Source of the DNA: Octopus sinensis
Lineage: Eukaryota
Length of the DNA stretch: 64,000 nucleotides
Assembly (NCBI RefSeq): GCF_006345805.1
Contig: NC_043009.1
Coordinates: 28,086,001-28,150,000 of the forward strand
Direction: 5' to 3'
The translations under genes were made by a program, and so were the position numbers. Numbering within the stretch: position 1 is the stretch's first letter; each line of letters begins with the position of its first letter. Positions 39,363-50,830 of the stretch are shown here, piece after piece. The notes below the pieces were generated by a model. It was not told the origin of the DNA. It saw nothing but the letters and a program-made list of their open reading frames with translations, and searched no databases.

Positions 39363-39858
39363 ATTAATGTTATTGTTGTTGTTATAATCATCATCATCAT
39401 CATCACCCTCATTATTAAGGCAGCAAGCTGGCAGAACTCTTAGCACTCCAGATAAGATGCATAGTGGCATTTCTTCTAGCTTTGGGTTCTGAATTCTAAT
39501 GTTGCCAATATTGACTTTACCATCCACCCTATTGGAAGTTGATAAAATAAATATGATCTAAGTTCTGGGATCGATGCCACTGACTAACTTCTCCCACAAA
39601 ATTTCAGTCTTTCTGCCAGAAGCAGAAAGAATTCTTCTTTTCATTATTATCAAAAGTTTTTCTCTGTTAATTTCATTCAGGTTTCTGCAGCACCAACTGG
39701 TGCACCCACATGTTTCGAGCATATGACGTAGTGGTAAAGAGCGTGAGCTACTAACCCCAAGATTCCGAGTTCAATTCCAGGCAGTGACCTGAATAATGAT
39801 AATAATAATAATAATAACAATAATAATAATAATAATAATCATAATAATCATAATAATC

Positions 39859-39893
<35 letters not shown>

Positions 39894-39894
<1 letters not shown>

Positions 39895-40174
39895 TTAAAG
39901 TTTTTAAAGTTTTAAACATTTTAAAACAAACATAATTTTCTTATGGTTTCTTAAACATTCACTAGTACAACACTAAGTACAAAACCAAATATATGGCACC
40001 CTAGGCATAACGCCAACATGAACTTCCAACTTGTCTCTTGAGGTCTCTGGGTGAGACTTGGAGCCAACTTGTACAAATATAAAGCAAAAGTCAAACATAT
40101 AATAATAATAATGATAATATAATAATAATAACAATAATAATAATAATAATAATATAATAATAATAATAATAATC

Positions 40175-40210
<36 letters not shown>

Positions 40211-40414
40211 TTAAAGTTTTTAAAGTTTTAAACATTTTAAAACAAACATAATTTTCTTATGGTTTCTTAAACATTCACTAGTACAACACTAAGTACAAAA
40301 CCAAATATATGGCACCCTAGGCATAACGCCAACATGAACTTCCAACTTGTCTCTTGAGGTCTCTGGGTGAGACTTGGAGCCAACTTGTACAAATATAAAG
40401 CAAAAGTCAAACAT
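39894..40414 (+). repeat. Two identical ~205-bp units (period 316), probable Dong-like 3'UTR ends, in (TAA)n
   Basis: attaaagtttttaaag...gaggtctctgggtgagacttggagcc...gtcaaacat at 39894-40098 and 40210-40414. The Dong origin is inferred from position and tail. Confidence 0.75.
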
Positions 40415-40429
40415 ATAATAATAATAATG

Positions 40430-40484
<55 letters not shown>

Positions 40485-40540
40485 TAATAACATCGAAAAA
40501 TACCTTAGGAATGAGACCCTAGATTCGAAATTTCCCCAAG

Positions 40541-40580
40541 ACACCTAATGAAGGCTGGAGGGTATATCAGCTGAAACGTG
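40541..40580 (+). ncRNA. Minimal type I HHR, mutated copy
   Basis: acac-CTAATGAA-ggctg(10)cagct-GAAAC-GTG; G5A relative to the consensus. Confidence 0.55.
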
Positions 40581-40661
40581 ATAATAACAAACAAGATGAG
40601 GACAAATATCTATCAAATGTAAATAATGTACATAATTCCTCATCTCTTAAATATAGAACTG

Positions 40662-40860
40662 TAGGGATTGCAATGTCAATCAGTAAGCATGTGTTTCTTT
40701 TCCAGTCTTTTAGTACATCAAAATGGTTTGCCTTGGTCAGTTTGAATAGACATACCCCAGATTATTGTGGCCAACTTATTATCAAGTACCTCGTTTGGTA
40801 CATACTTGTACCACTTCTTATTTGCTTTCACATTTAAGAATTGGCATATTGCCAAGGGTA
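40662..40860 (-). pseudogene. R4/Dong RLE-domain fragment
   Basis: Minus strand: KKWYKYVPNEVLDNKLATIIWGMSIQTD...DVLKDWKRNTCLLIDIAIP (frameshifted). Confidence 0.75.
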
Positions 40861-41150
40861 ACTTCCTCCATCAGTTTCAAGCTGATAAAATAAAATACTA
40901 GTGAAGTACAGGAGTCAATGTATCCTCCTAACCCTCTCCCCTTAAAATTGGGGTTACCATTTAGCTCACAAGACCAAGATCCTTTCCTAGCGAAAGAATT
41001 TTTAGGGAAATGGATCAACCTCAGTACTTATTCTGTTGGTCTCTTTTTTGCTGGAATGCTAAGTTACAAGGATGTAACTAGACCAACACTGGTTGTCAGG
41101 CAGTAGTGGGGGACAAATGCAGACACAAAGACACACACACATAAATACAT

Positions 41151-41200
<50 letters not shown>

Positions 41201-41394
41201 GTACATACATATATATATATATCATCATCATTATCATCACTATCATCTTCGTTTAGCATCTGATTTCCATGTTGCATGGGTTGGATGGTGTTGACTAAGA
41301 ACTGGCAAGCTGGGAGGTTGCACCAGGCTTCAGTCTAATTTGGCAAGGTTTCTACAGCTGGATGCCCTTCCTGATGTCAATATATATACATTGA

Positions 41395-41578
41395 GTTGCC
41401 ATGATAGCTCATTAGCCTCTACACACATTTTTTCTCTCCTTGTTTTTTCTGTGTCCCTTTCTGTAGTAGAGTGTAGGCTCGAAATGTAAATGACCTTTTC
41501 TATTCCTGAGCATTATACTAATACATCTGTTTGTTTTGTACACTACCTGTCTTCATCTTTTGTTCTTTCGTAAACTCT

Positions 41579-41582
<4 letters not shown>
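41395..41582 (+). mobile_element. Second copy of the short repeat with variant HHR (motif 41457-41492)
   Basis: cttt-CTGTAGTA-gagt(gtag)gctc-GAAAT-GTA; (TA)n at both ends. Confidence 0.6.
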
Positions 41583-41613
<31 letters not shown>

Positions 41614-41651
41614 TATATATATATATACATACATACATACACACACATGCG

Positions 41652-41689
<38 letters not shown>

Positions 41690-42129
41690 GCGGCTTCTTT
41701 CAGTTTCTATCTACCAAATTGACTCAGAAGGCTTTTGCCAAAAATGCACACAGTGGGACTGAACCCAGAACCATGTGGTTGGGAAGCCACACCGGCACCT
41801 GTGTAATTTTTGTATAATTTGTATAATTCTTTTCAATGTTTTCTCTTTTTTTACTTTAAAACAAATTTTAAAATATTTGCATGTGAAATGCACTGGTAAT
41901 TTTTTAATTTTCCACGCACACTGCACTTACCATTTTTTCTGTTTGGTCTCATGTGAACCGCAATGTCAAAAAAGATTGTAAACTACTGGTCTATATCTTG
42001 TTCTCCTGGTCATTTGGATGGCTTATTTTACTGTTTCCTATGTAAACCAGCTTTCAAGCAGGTGACTGAAAAATTTGGCTCCATCACTACCATCTTCTAC
42101 TCTTCCTTACTTCTTCATCTTAGGCAGAA

Positions 42130-43170
42130 AGATGGCAAAGTTTTCAGCATGGTGGATTAACAGGATTTCACCTGTCTATACTTTCAGAGTTCAAATTCTG
42201 CTGATGTCGGTTTTGCCTTTCATCGTTTTGGGGGCAATAAAGTAAGTGCCAGTCAAGTACTAGTGTCAAGGTAATTGACCCCCACCCTCAAAAACTGCTG
42301 GTTCTGTGCCAAAATTTGAAACCATTTTAGTTTCTTTGTCTATGGTAGAGAAGTGGTAGGATCGTTGGCACATCAGGCAAAATATTTTGTGGCATTTCAT
42401 CCAACTCTTTACATCTAGGGTTCAAATCTGGTTGAGGCTTATCTTACCTTTTATAGCTTCAATGCTAATGAAATAAAGTACCAGTCAAATACTTGGGGCA
42501 ATGTTATCAACTCACCCATTCCCCTTAAATTACAGGCCTTATACGAAAGTTTGAAACAATTTCAATTATTATCATTAAAAGCAGTATTGACAAGCAAAAT
42601 ACTTAGCGACATTCTGAGTTCAAATTCTACCAAGGACGACGTTGCTTTTTATCCTTTTGGGATCAATAAATCAAGTACCAGTGATACACTGAGGTCGATG
42701 TAATAGATTAGTCCCCTCCTCCAAAATTTCAGGTCTTGTGCCTATGGCAGAAAGGATTATTAAAGGTAGGGATTTCGCAGAATCATAAATATGTTGGATG
42801 AAATTTCGTTCTTCAAATTCGACTGAGGTCGACTTGGCCTTTCATTCTTTTGGGGGATGATAAAACAAGAACCTGTTGAGCACTGGGGTTTGTGCAATCA
42901 ATTTACCTCAGCCCCAAAATTGCTGGCCTTGTACCAAAATTTGAGGCCATTATTATCATTAACAGCAGCAAACTGGCTGAATTGTTAGAATATTGAGAAG
43001 AGAGATTAGCTGTATTTGTTTCAGCTATTTGTGAAATGGGTTCAATTCTCACTGAGAACAGTTTTACCTTTTAACCTTTCAGAGCCAATAAAAGCAAGTG
43101 AATAACAAGGAGTCAAAGTAATTAACTAACCCCTGCCCCTTAAGTTTGCAGGCCTGATGCCAACATTTAA
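42130..43170 (+). mobile_element. Head-to-tail array of 5 older family B SINE monomers
   Basis: Five repeats of ttcaaattc...gcctttcatc...taaagtacc...ggcct at ~200-bp spacing. Confidence 0.8.
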
Positions 43171-43544
43171 AACAATTATTCTTTCATTTACATATGGTAA
43201 ACTAATGTTAATCTAATGAAGATTTAGCCCAAATCAAAATACAGGATAACACCTGTATTTGTAAATCCAAGATAATGGATCTTGGAATCATTCCAGAATA
43301 CTTAATCATTTTCTCCCATATCAAGAGCTGGGGGTGAGGTAGGAACAATTAAAAAAATATCACTTAAATTTAACAAAAAATACAATTAAGTAATTGTATG
43401 TAAATATATGGAAAGCTTAAAATTTAATTAAATTCCTCATAGAATTCAAATCAGTATCCTTGGGTTGCACAAATTCTTGAGCTATAAAGCTGGTTATATC
43501 ATAATGTAGTTAAAAAGCAATGATGGTGTCAATGTATATAACAA

Positions 43545-43700
43545 AAACAAAATTCACATTTCAAACCTTGAGAAAGGACTTGAATATCTTTATTGTTCCG
43601 CTTACACATTGTAATTGTATTGGGTAAATTAGCTGGTTGATTTCTTTCTCTAGAAACCTTACCTTATCCAGATTGTTGCTTAGGCATTTACTCACAAAAA
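43545..43700 (-). pseudogene. R4/Dong 3' fragment (TACA-associated family)
   Basis: Minus strand: FVSKCLSNNLDKVRFLEKEINQLIYPIQLQCVSGTIKIFKSFLKV*, homologous to 55522-55650. Confidence 0.75.
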
Positions 43701-43895
43701 ACAAAGAAGTACACCTGTTATTATTGGTATAAATGTGAATTTATAATCTGGATGTGTATGTATATATATATATATCTACATATATACATGTATGTGTGTG
43801 TGTGTGTGTGCATGTACATATATATGTATGTATTTATGCTAGTATGATGGTATGCATATGTGTGTTTATCCACTGTCATTTTAAAATACTCTTAC

Positions 43896-43992
43896 TTAAA
43901 ATGTTCATAAAAATTAATAACAGACTCCAAACATTTCTTTTGTCTTCCATCATGGAGAAGTTGATAGAATTGAAAAGAAACTAGAATTTCAC
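43896..43992 (-). CDS. Candidate internal exon (GEILVSFQFYQLLHDGRQKKCLESVINFYEHF)
   Basis: Acceptor attaagtattttgcAG, donor GTaaga, 97 nt; only phase 1-2 is open; unique sequence. Confidence 0.4.
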
Positions 43993-44548
43993 CTGCAAAA
44001 TACTTAATAATTATACACAATATAGTATGGAATAGATATTTCTTGGAGGAGAAACACAGAAAATATGCATATGCACACGTGCTTGTATGTATATATGTAT
44101 GTGAGTTTTTGTGTGTTTATACATACAGGTATATAACAATGTATAATGTATAAATTAAATATTATACATAAACATACATATATATATATTCACCCCATTA
44201 TGTTATACACAAGTATGCTTGTGTGTATTAAGTTCATGTCTATACATCTGTGTGTATGTACAAATATATACATATACACACACTACATGCACACACATAC
44301 TGATATTTATCACGACATATATATACATATATATATACACACACACACATATATGCATTGTTGTAAGTGTGTATGCATGTAATACTATTTTACATTGGAA
44401 CAAAACCTAAATATACATACCTTTAGACATGCATAATCATAAAGACATGTATACACATACACTCACATACACAGACACAAAGATATATATATAGATATAT
44501 TTTTATATATATATATGTATATATGTATGTATGTATTATATATATATA

Positions 44549-44612
<64 letters not shown>

Positions 44613-44638
44613 ATTATTATTAAAACACATTATTATAA

Positions 44639-44701
<63 letters not shown>

Positions 44702-45044
44702 ATATATATAAGCGCGTGTATATATATATATACACATACATACATATGAATGTATTTACTTACACATACATATTGAAAGTATATGCTGATACGAGTATGG
44801 GCATATAAATATGAAATATGAGCTGTCAGAAATTTCAAGAAAATAATCCGTAAAACTTAACAAAACAAAGTCAAAGAAATGTGTTATATTTTAGAGTCGA
44901 GGGTGAAGAAACCCACAACAAGGTGTATATTTTATGTCTTGTTGCATTGATTATTGTTTCAGAAGGGGAATTTTATTATATTGCCAGCAAATGTTTTCTT
45001 TGTTCTTTTTTCTTATACATACATAGATACCTACTTACACACAC

Positions 45045-45098
<54 letters not shown>

Positions 45099-45306
45099 TG
45101 AAATAGAAAGATGAATAATCTTGTAGTAGATTAATCAAAAGTTTAACACGATACCTTAGTAGCAAATCACAGCAGTAAACACAGCACGGTTGGAGGTACA
45201 ACCATCTGGCGTTGCAACCGTGCGTTGGTGCGGATAATTGAAATTAAAACATTATTGGTGAATTGAAGAAATGGAGCTGAACGCAGATTGAACAGAAATC
45301 GTTTTA

Positions 45307-45394
45307 TTTCATTCTACACGTGTTTCGAAAGGCACAAATTACCAAAATCCGATTGAATAAGGGACCATGTTGTGTCTTTCTCTTCAGGAAGAAA
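45307..45394 (-). ncRNA. Type I hammerhead ribozyme (left arm)
   Basis: Reverse complement of the motif at 47738-47826. Confidence 0.8.
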
Positions 45395-45993
45395 AAAGGA
45401 AATCCGTTGGAAAAACAAAAACAGAACAGAGGCGGAGCAAAAAACAAATCGAACTGTGCTCCTAAGAGCCCATGGCGAAACTGTTTATCAGTGTATGTTG
45501 AGAACCGGTGGCTGAAGAATTCAACGGGTCAGGCATTGGTCAATCATGTGGGTGAGGGTGTATAGATGTTCTTTGTGACCGAAATAAAGTTCTGACTATT
45601 TAAGGAATTTGGATGTTTTATAAGGGGCGAGAAAAAATCTACTTAGAGACGTGTGTGTGTGTATACTGTTCTATATATGTGTGTGTTGGCGTAGGGGTAG
45701 AAAACATTTTTTGTGTACGTGTGTGCGTTTGATCGTTCGGCTGTCAGTGGCTACTGCCGTGATAACCGTTGGGTGGCAGAAAGAAAAAAATTAAAAAAAT
45801 ATATATATATTATGTTTTATGTGTGTGTGTGTTCATCTAAGCCTGCCTTGTCAAGGAAACCCCCCGCTGTGAGAAAACAAGCCCCGTTTGTCTTACAGGA
45901 GTAATTCCCCTTGCAGTGGTTAATCGTAGATATCTTAAAGGCTATTTCAGAATTTGTTACCAAGGCTATGGGTGCCGGTATTATTTATAAACG

Positions 45994-46847
45994 CTATTTA
46001 AAGGCCAGATAAGTGTAACGCCGCCAATGGGGGCATCGAAAAGCCGACTGTAAGAGCCCGTTTACATCCGGCCTCTGGCAAACAAAATATGGAAGAGTTC
46101 GGAGACACAAAGGTTGCACTGTCTTCTGCCCCTATCAAATGGAGGGCCACCGACAAAATTGACCATTCCAGCCTATAGCTTAAGTTCGCATCCTTCAGTC
46201 GCCATATTAGCTTACTGAGTCCCGTGGTCTGGCGCTTTTCACGTCCCGAAAAGTTGCGTAATGGTTGGAGACACGCAAAGACAATCTTGAGGATGATGCC
46301 CCTACATAAGTGAAGGCATCTGAGTCCGTGTAAACCTTGCATTGGTAGACGGCGTTTTTGATCTTGGAGTTCGCCGACGTGAATCTTAATCTGCTAGGAT
46401 TAGTTTCTGAAATTAGAACTGCGTTCCTGTCACTATATTCTATTTTCCACTACGTCACTATTAACTATAGGAATAACCCCTGATTCTCCACTATCTATCA
46501 GAGTGCTGTCATTGCTACTGCCCGTGGTACTGCTATTGCGGGAAATGATGCTGGGGATGCTAATGGGGCTCTCTACCCTACTCCCATTATTACCGTCAAC
46601 CACAACACCCCTATTTATAACTATACCCCTAGTGGGTACTCCCTGGCTGGAGCTGAGATTATGTGTCACTGTACTGGCTCTCATATCATTATTACTACTA
46701 TAATTATTCCTACTGAGCATTAAACCGGGAGCGGAAGAGGCTGTGCCTCCGGAAAAAGGTGATAGGGTCTTAGTAAGTAGCCTATTATTATGGGAGGCGA
46801 TTATCTGGGCGAGGTTTTTAGTGTTGGAGAAAGCTATCCTAACTTTA
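45994..46847 (-). pseudogene. Penelope ORF C-terminus: linker plus GIY-YIG endonuclease
   Basis: KVRIAFSNTKNLAQIIASHNNRLL ... KNAVYQCKV..FTYVGASSSRLSLRVSNH..TTGLSKLIW..CNLCVSEL..CPHWRRYTYLAFK*; several single-base frameshifts. Confidence 0.88.
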
Positions 46848-47152
46848 TGTCTTTGCGTGTCTCCAACCATTACGCAACTTTTCGGGACGTGAACAAGCGC
46901 CAGACCACGGGACTCAGTAAGCTAATATGGCGACTGAAGGATGCGAACTTAAGCTATAGGCTGGAATGGTCAATTTTGTCGGTGGGCCTCCCATTTGATA
47001 GGGGCAGAAGACAGTGCAACCTTTGTGTCTCCGAACTCTTCCATATTTTGTTTGCCAGAGGCCGGATGGTAAACGGGCTCTTACAGTCGGCTTTTCGATG
47101 CCCCATTGGCGGCGTTACACTTATCTGGCCTTTAAATAGCGTTTATAAATAA
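46848..47152 (+). pseudogene. Inverted copy of the GIY-YIG C-terminal half
   Basis: SLRVSNHYATFRDVNKRQTTGLSKLIWRLKD...RQCNLCVSELFHIL. Confidence 0.85.
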
Positions 47153-47737
47153 TACCGGCACCCATAGCCCTTGGTAACAAATTCTGAAATAGCCTTTAAG
47201 ATATCTACGATTAACCACTGCAAGGGGAATTACTCCTGTAAGACAAACGGGGCTTGGTTTTCTCACAGCGGGGGGTTTCCTTGACAAGGCAGGCTTAGAT
47301 GAACACACACACACATAAAACATAATATATATATATTTTTTTTTTTTTTTCTTTCTGCCACCCAACGGTTATCACGGCAGTAGCCACTAACAGCCGAACG
47401 ATCAAACGCACACACGTACACAAAAAATTTTTCTACCCCTACGCCAACACACACATATATAGAACAGTATAACACACAACACGTCTCTAAGTAGATTTTT
47501 TCTCGCCCCTTATAAAACATCCAATATTCCTTAAATAGTCAGAACTTTATTCTCGGTCACAAAGAACATCTACACCCTCACCCACATGATTGACCAATGC
47601 CTGACCCGTTGAATTCTTCAGCCACCGGTTCTCAACATACACTGATAAACAGTTTCGCCATGGGCTCTTAGGAGCACAGTTCGATTGTTTTTTGCTCCGC
47701 CTCTGTTCTGTTTTTGTTTTTCCAACGGATTTCCTTT

Positions 47738-47826
47738 TTTCTTCCTGAAGAGAAAGACACAACATGGTCCCATTATTCAATCGGATTTTGGTAATTTGTG
47801 CCTTTCGAAACACGTGTAGAATGAAA
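47738..47826 (+). ncRNA. Type I hammerhead ribozyme (right arm)
   Basis: tttcttc-CTGAAGA-gaaagacacaa...ttgtgcctttc-GAAAC-ACGT-GTA-gaatgaaa; predicted cleavage after 47818. Confidence 0.8.
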
Positions 47827-47877
47827 TAAAACGATTTCTGTTCAATCTGCGTTCAGCTCCATTTCTTCAATTCACCA

Positions 47878-47908
<31 letters not shown>

Positions 47909-48564
47909 ATATATAATACATATATATATAGAGAGATGCATACACATTGGTACACACATGTATATGTGTTTGTATGTGTGTGTATGAATGATTGAACAAA
48001 TGAAAGTAGGCCGTGCTTCAGCTCAACACATTTGCTTGTAGTTACATTTATTTAATAACAGTTTGGTTTGGCTTCGTGTTACTAAAAGTTTTTGCGAGCG
48101 TAAAACACATCCACTTCATCAGGTAACTTAAAATAACGTAGAACTGGATCAAACTGTTGTTAAATACATACATATATAATTACATACATACATACATGGT
48201 GGCTGCCCCCTCATTATCGAGTATGGCCATTGCATGAAGCTTAATCAATGTTGTTATCGTGCAATGCCTGTGCAAGATGATTTTTTTTAAAGTGAGGAAA
48301 GGCTGTGCACTGAGTCAATCCCACTCACTAAGCAACAGCAGCCATAATCCGAAAAGAAGAACAAGTCAACATCATTGGTAACCACTGAGCCACAGGTTTT
48401 ATATCGGAGTTATCCCAGTTACCTGAGTTACCTTCTCCTAGAAGGATGCCCTAACAAAGGCTAGGAGTCCTTCACTCCTAATGGTTTAACCGCACGATCG
48501 GGGTATTCAGTCCGATTATTTCTATGTCCCCACGCATGATACAGCCTTAAAACATACATACATA

Positions 48565-49020
48565 CATACATGTATTTTGTTGCTAAGATAATTTACAATG
48601 CCATCCACAAAAAAGACCGTCCTGAAATAAACTTTGAAAATCCCTCTGTTATTGAATACATTCATAAACACCAACTCAAGGAATACTGGAAGAACATTCC
48701 CATCAAAACATCTGTCAAATGTAAGCATAACAAGACAGATATTGTTTTTTGATGGGCAAAGGTATGTACCATCATAGAGGTTAACTACCCACTCTACAGG
48801 TATAAAAATCTCTTTGAAAATCAAAGAAAAGGGGATATCTATAGACAACTGCTTCAAAGCCCCCAGCTTTTATATCCAGACTATGAATTCATCTTCATAC
48901 CAACAATAATTGGAGCACTAGGTTTTGTTAGTAAATGCTTAAAGTAGGATCTGGATAAACTGGGATTTTCAGAAAGAGAAACTGACCGGCTGGTTTGTAC
49001 ATTACAAGTGCAATCTGTTT
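48565..49020 (+). pseudogene. R4/Dong RLE-domain fragment after (TACA)n
   Basis: VAKIIYNAIHKK...EYWKNIPIKTSVKCKHNKTDIV...LLYPDYEFIFIP.IIGALGFVSKCLK*DLDKLGFS. Confidence 0.8.
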
Positions 49021-49281
49021 CTATCCAAAAGGTAAAATCTTTTCTACTATAGGCACAATGCTTGGCTTTATGGAGGCAAGAAGTTCGTCAATTGCAACGA
49101 CCCCAGTGCTCACCTGACACTTATTTTATCGACCATGGAAGGACAAAAAGCAAATTTCCCTTCATCAGAATTCAAATTCAAAACATAAAAACAGAATTTG
49201 CAACACAGTATTTTGTCTGGTGTGCTTACATTTCTGCCAGTTTGCTGCCTTATCCAGAAGAAGAAATATATAATTGATTTC

Positions 49282-49317
<36 letters not shown>

Positions 49318-49569
49318 ACTATATTCTGTTACTTCCAGAAAGATATCAACAGCTTGTGCATTTAAAGATCAGTCTGTATCAGAAAATATCATTTAGGTTT
49401 AGAAGAAATAAAATGGTAGCCTGGGTACATAATTCCTTTTATATTTTAGCATGAGGTGAAGGACTAAGGCACACAAGTTTTTAAGGCATTGGTCTTATTA
49501 CAGTATTCTATTGTTTCTGTAGACACAACCTTTTATTTTAGTTCTCAGGAGTCTTTTATCTTTTAGCTT

Positions 49570-49830
49570 TTACTTGTTTCAGTGATTAGACTGTGGCCAT
49601 ACTGGGGCACCGTCTTGAAGAATTTGTTTATTAGTTGAAAGAATCAACCTCAGTTCATTTATTTTCTAAGCCTGATACTTATTCTCTCAGTCTGTTTTGT
49701 AGAAACAACACCAGTTGTCAAGTGGTGGTGGTGGGGTGGGGGACAAACATAGACACAAAGATACACACACACATATATTTATAAGTATATGACAGGATTC
49801 TTTCAGTTTCTGTCTACCAAATCTCCTCAT
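49570..49830 (-). mobile_element. Family A SINE, partial
   Basis: Reverse complement of the body and tail. Confidence 0.7.
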
Positions 49831-50189
49831 AAGGCTTTGAGGATATAGATAGAATATATTACAGAAACTTAACTAGTGTTACACCTAAAGTGAGACTTAC
49901 CTCTAAGCTGCACTCTTTGCATACACTTTGGCAACCTCTTCTCACCTCCATTCCCTCTTCTTCTGATCCCATTGATCCCTATTCACTTTCTTGTACCTTG
50001 AGAATCCATCCAGGTAGTTCATCAACCCCTATCTTTATCTCTCTTTCAAGCTCCGCTCTGGTCTCTCCTACCACAGTCTGAGTGATCTTGAAGCTCTTCC
50101 ACATGAAGGAATCCTCATTTAATACTTTAATCTCTCATCTCCTGGAACAATGCTGCCTCCCTCTCTACTGCAGTCCCATTCAATCAAAA

Positions 50190-50830
50190 TGTATGATGAT
50201 CACATAAGTGCTGGTGTGATGTTAAAAGGTACCCAGTAGACTCTGTAGAGTGGTTGGGGTGAGGAAAGGCATCCAGCTGTAGGAACCATGTAATAGAAGA
50301 CAATTGGAGCCTGATGTAGTCCTGTGACCCAGCAGATCCAGTCAAAAGATCCAGCTCATGGAACATAGATGTTAAATGGTAATGATGAAGATGATGATGA
50401 CGATGGACATGATGATGATAATGATGATGATGATGATGATGATGATGAGTAGGAGGAGAAGGAGGAGGTGGACAATGACGATGATTACGACAATATGATA
50501 GGGATGATGATGATAATAATGATAGCAATGATGATGACAATCATGATGAAGATGGTGGTAATATGAGAATGATGATAATAATGATGTCGATGATGATATG
50601 ATAATGATGATGATGATGAGGAGGAGGAGGAGGAGGACAAGGACGATGATTGCGACTAGGATGGTGATTACAACAATGATAGGGATGATGATGATGATGA
50701 TCATGATGATGATAGCAAAGACGATGACACTGATGGTAATATGAGAATGACGATAATAATAATGATGTTGATGATGATAAGATGATGACGATGATGATGA
50801 GAAGAGGAGGGTGATGCTTATGATGATGAT
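50190..50830 (+). repeat. Family C tail followed by a (GAT)-rich array with internal higher-order duplication
   Basis: gatagggatgatgatg and ggtaatatgagaatga each occur twice, ~180 bp apart. Confidence 0.7.

Larger units (their letters stand above)
39717..40660 (+). mobile_element. tRNA-headed HHR-bearing short element interrupted in its (TAA)n spacer
   Basis: A box tgacgtagtgg 39724-34 and B box gagttcaattcc 39767-78; (TAA)n containing two inserted 205-bp units; tail 40489-40660 with HHR at 40541-40580. Confidence 0.7.
45253..47880. mobile_element. Penelope-like element, 5'-truncated with inverted duplication (arms 45253-46283 and 46848-47880)
   Basis: ~1030-bp near-identical inverted arms, GIY-YIG coding sequence, HHR in each arm, (TA)n flanks. 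Confidence 0.92.

Noticed and set aside
39717-39791. Possible tRNA gene (also the other SINE heads)
   Set aside because: A and B boxes are present but there is no paired acceptor stem, and the head is joined to repeat bodies; treated as a SINE head.
43649-43700. Strong minus-strand donor AAG|GTAAGG suggesting an exon
   Set aside because: The sequence is a Dong retroelement 3' fragment (FVSKCLSNNLDK).
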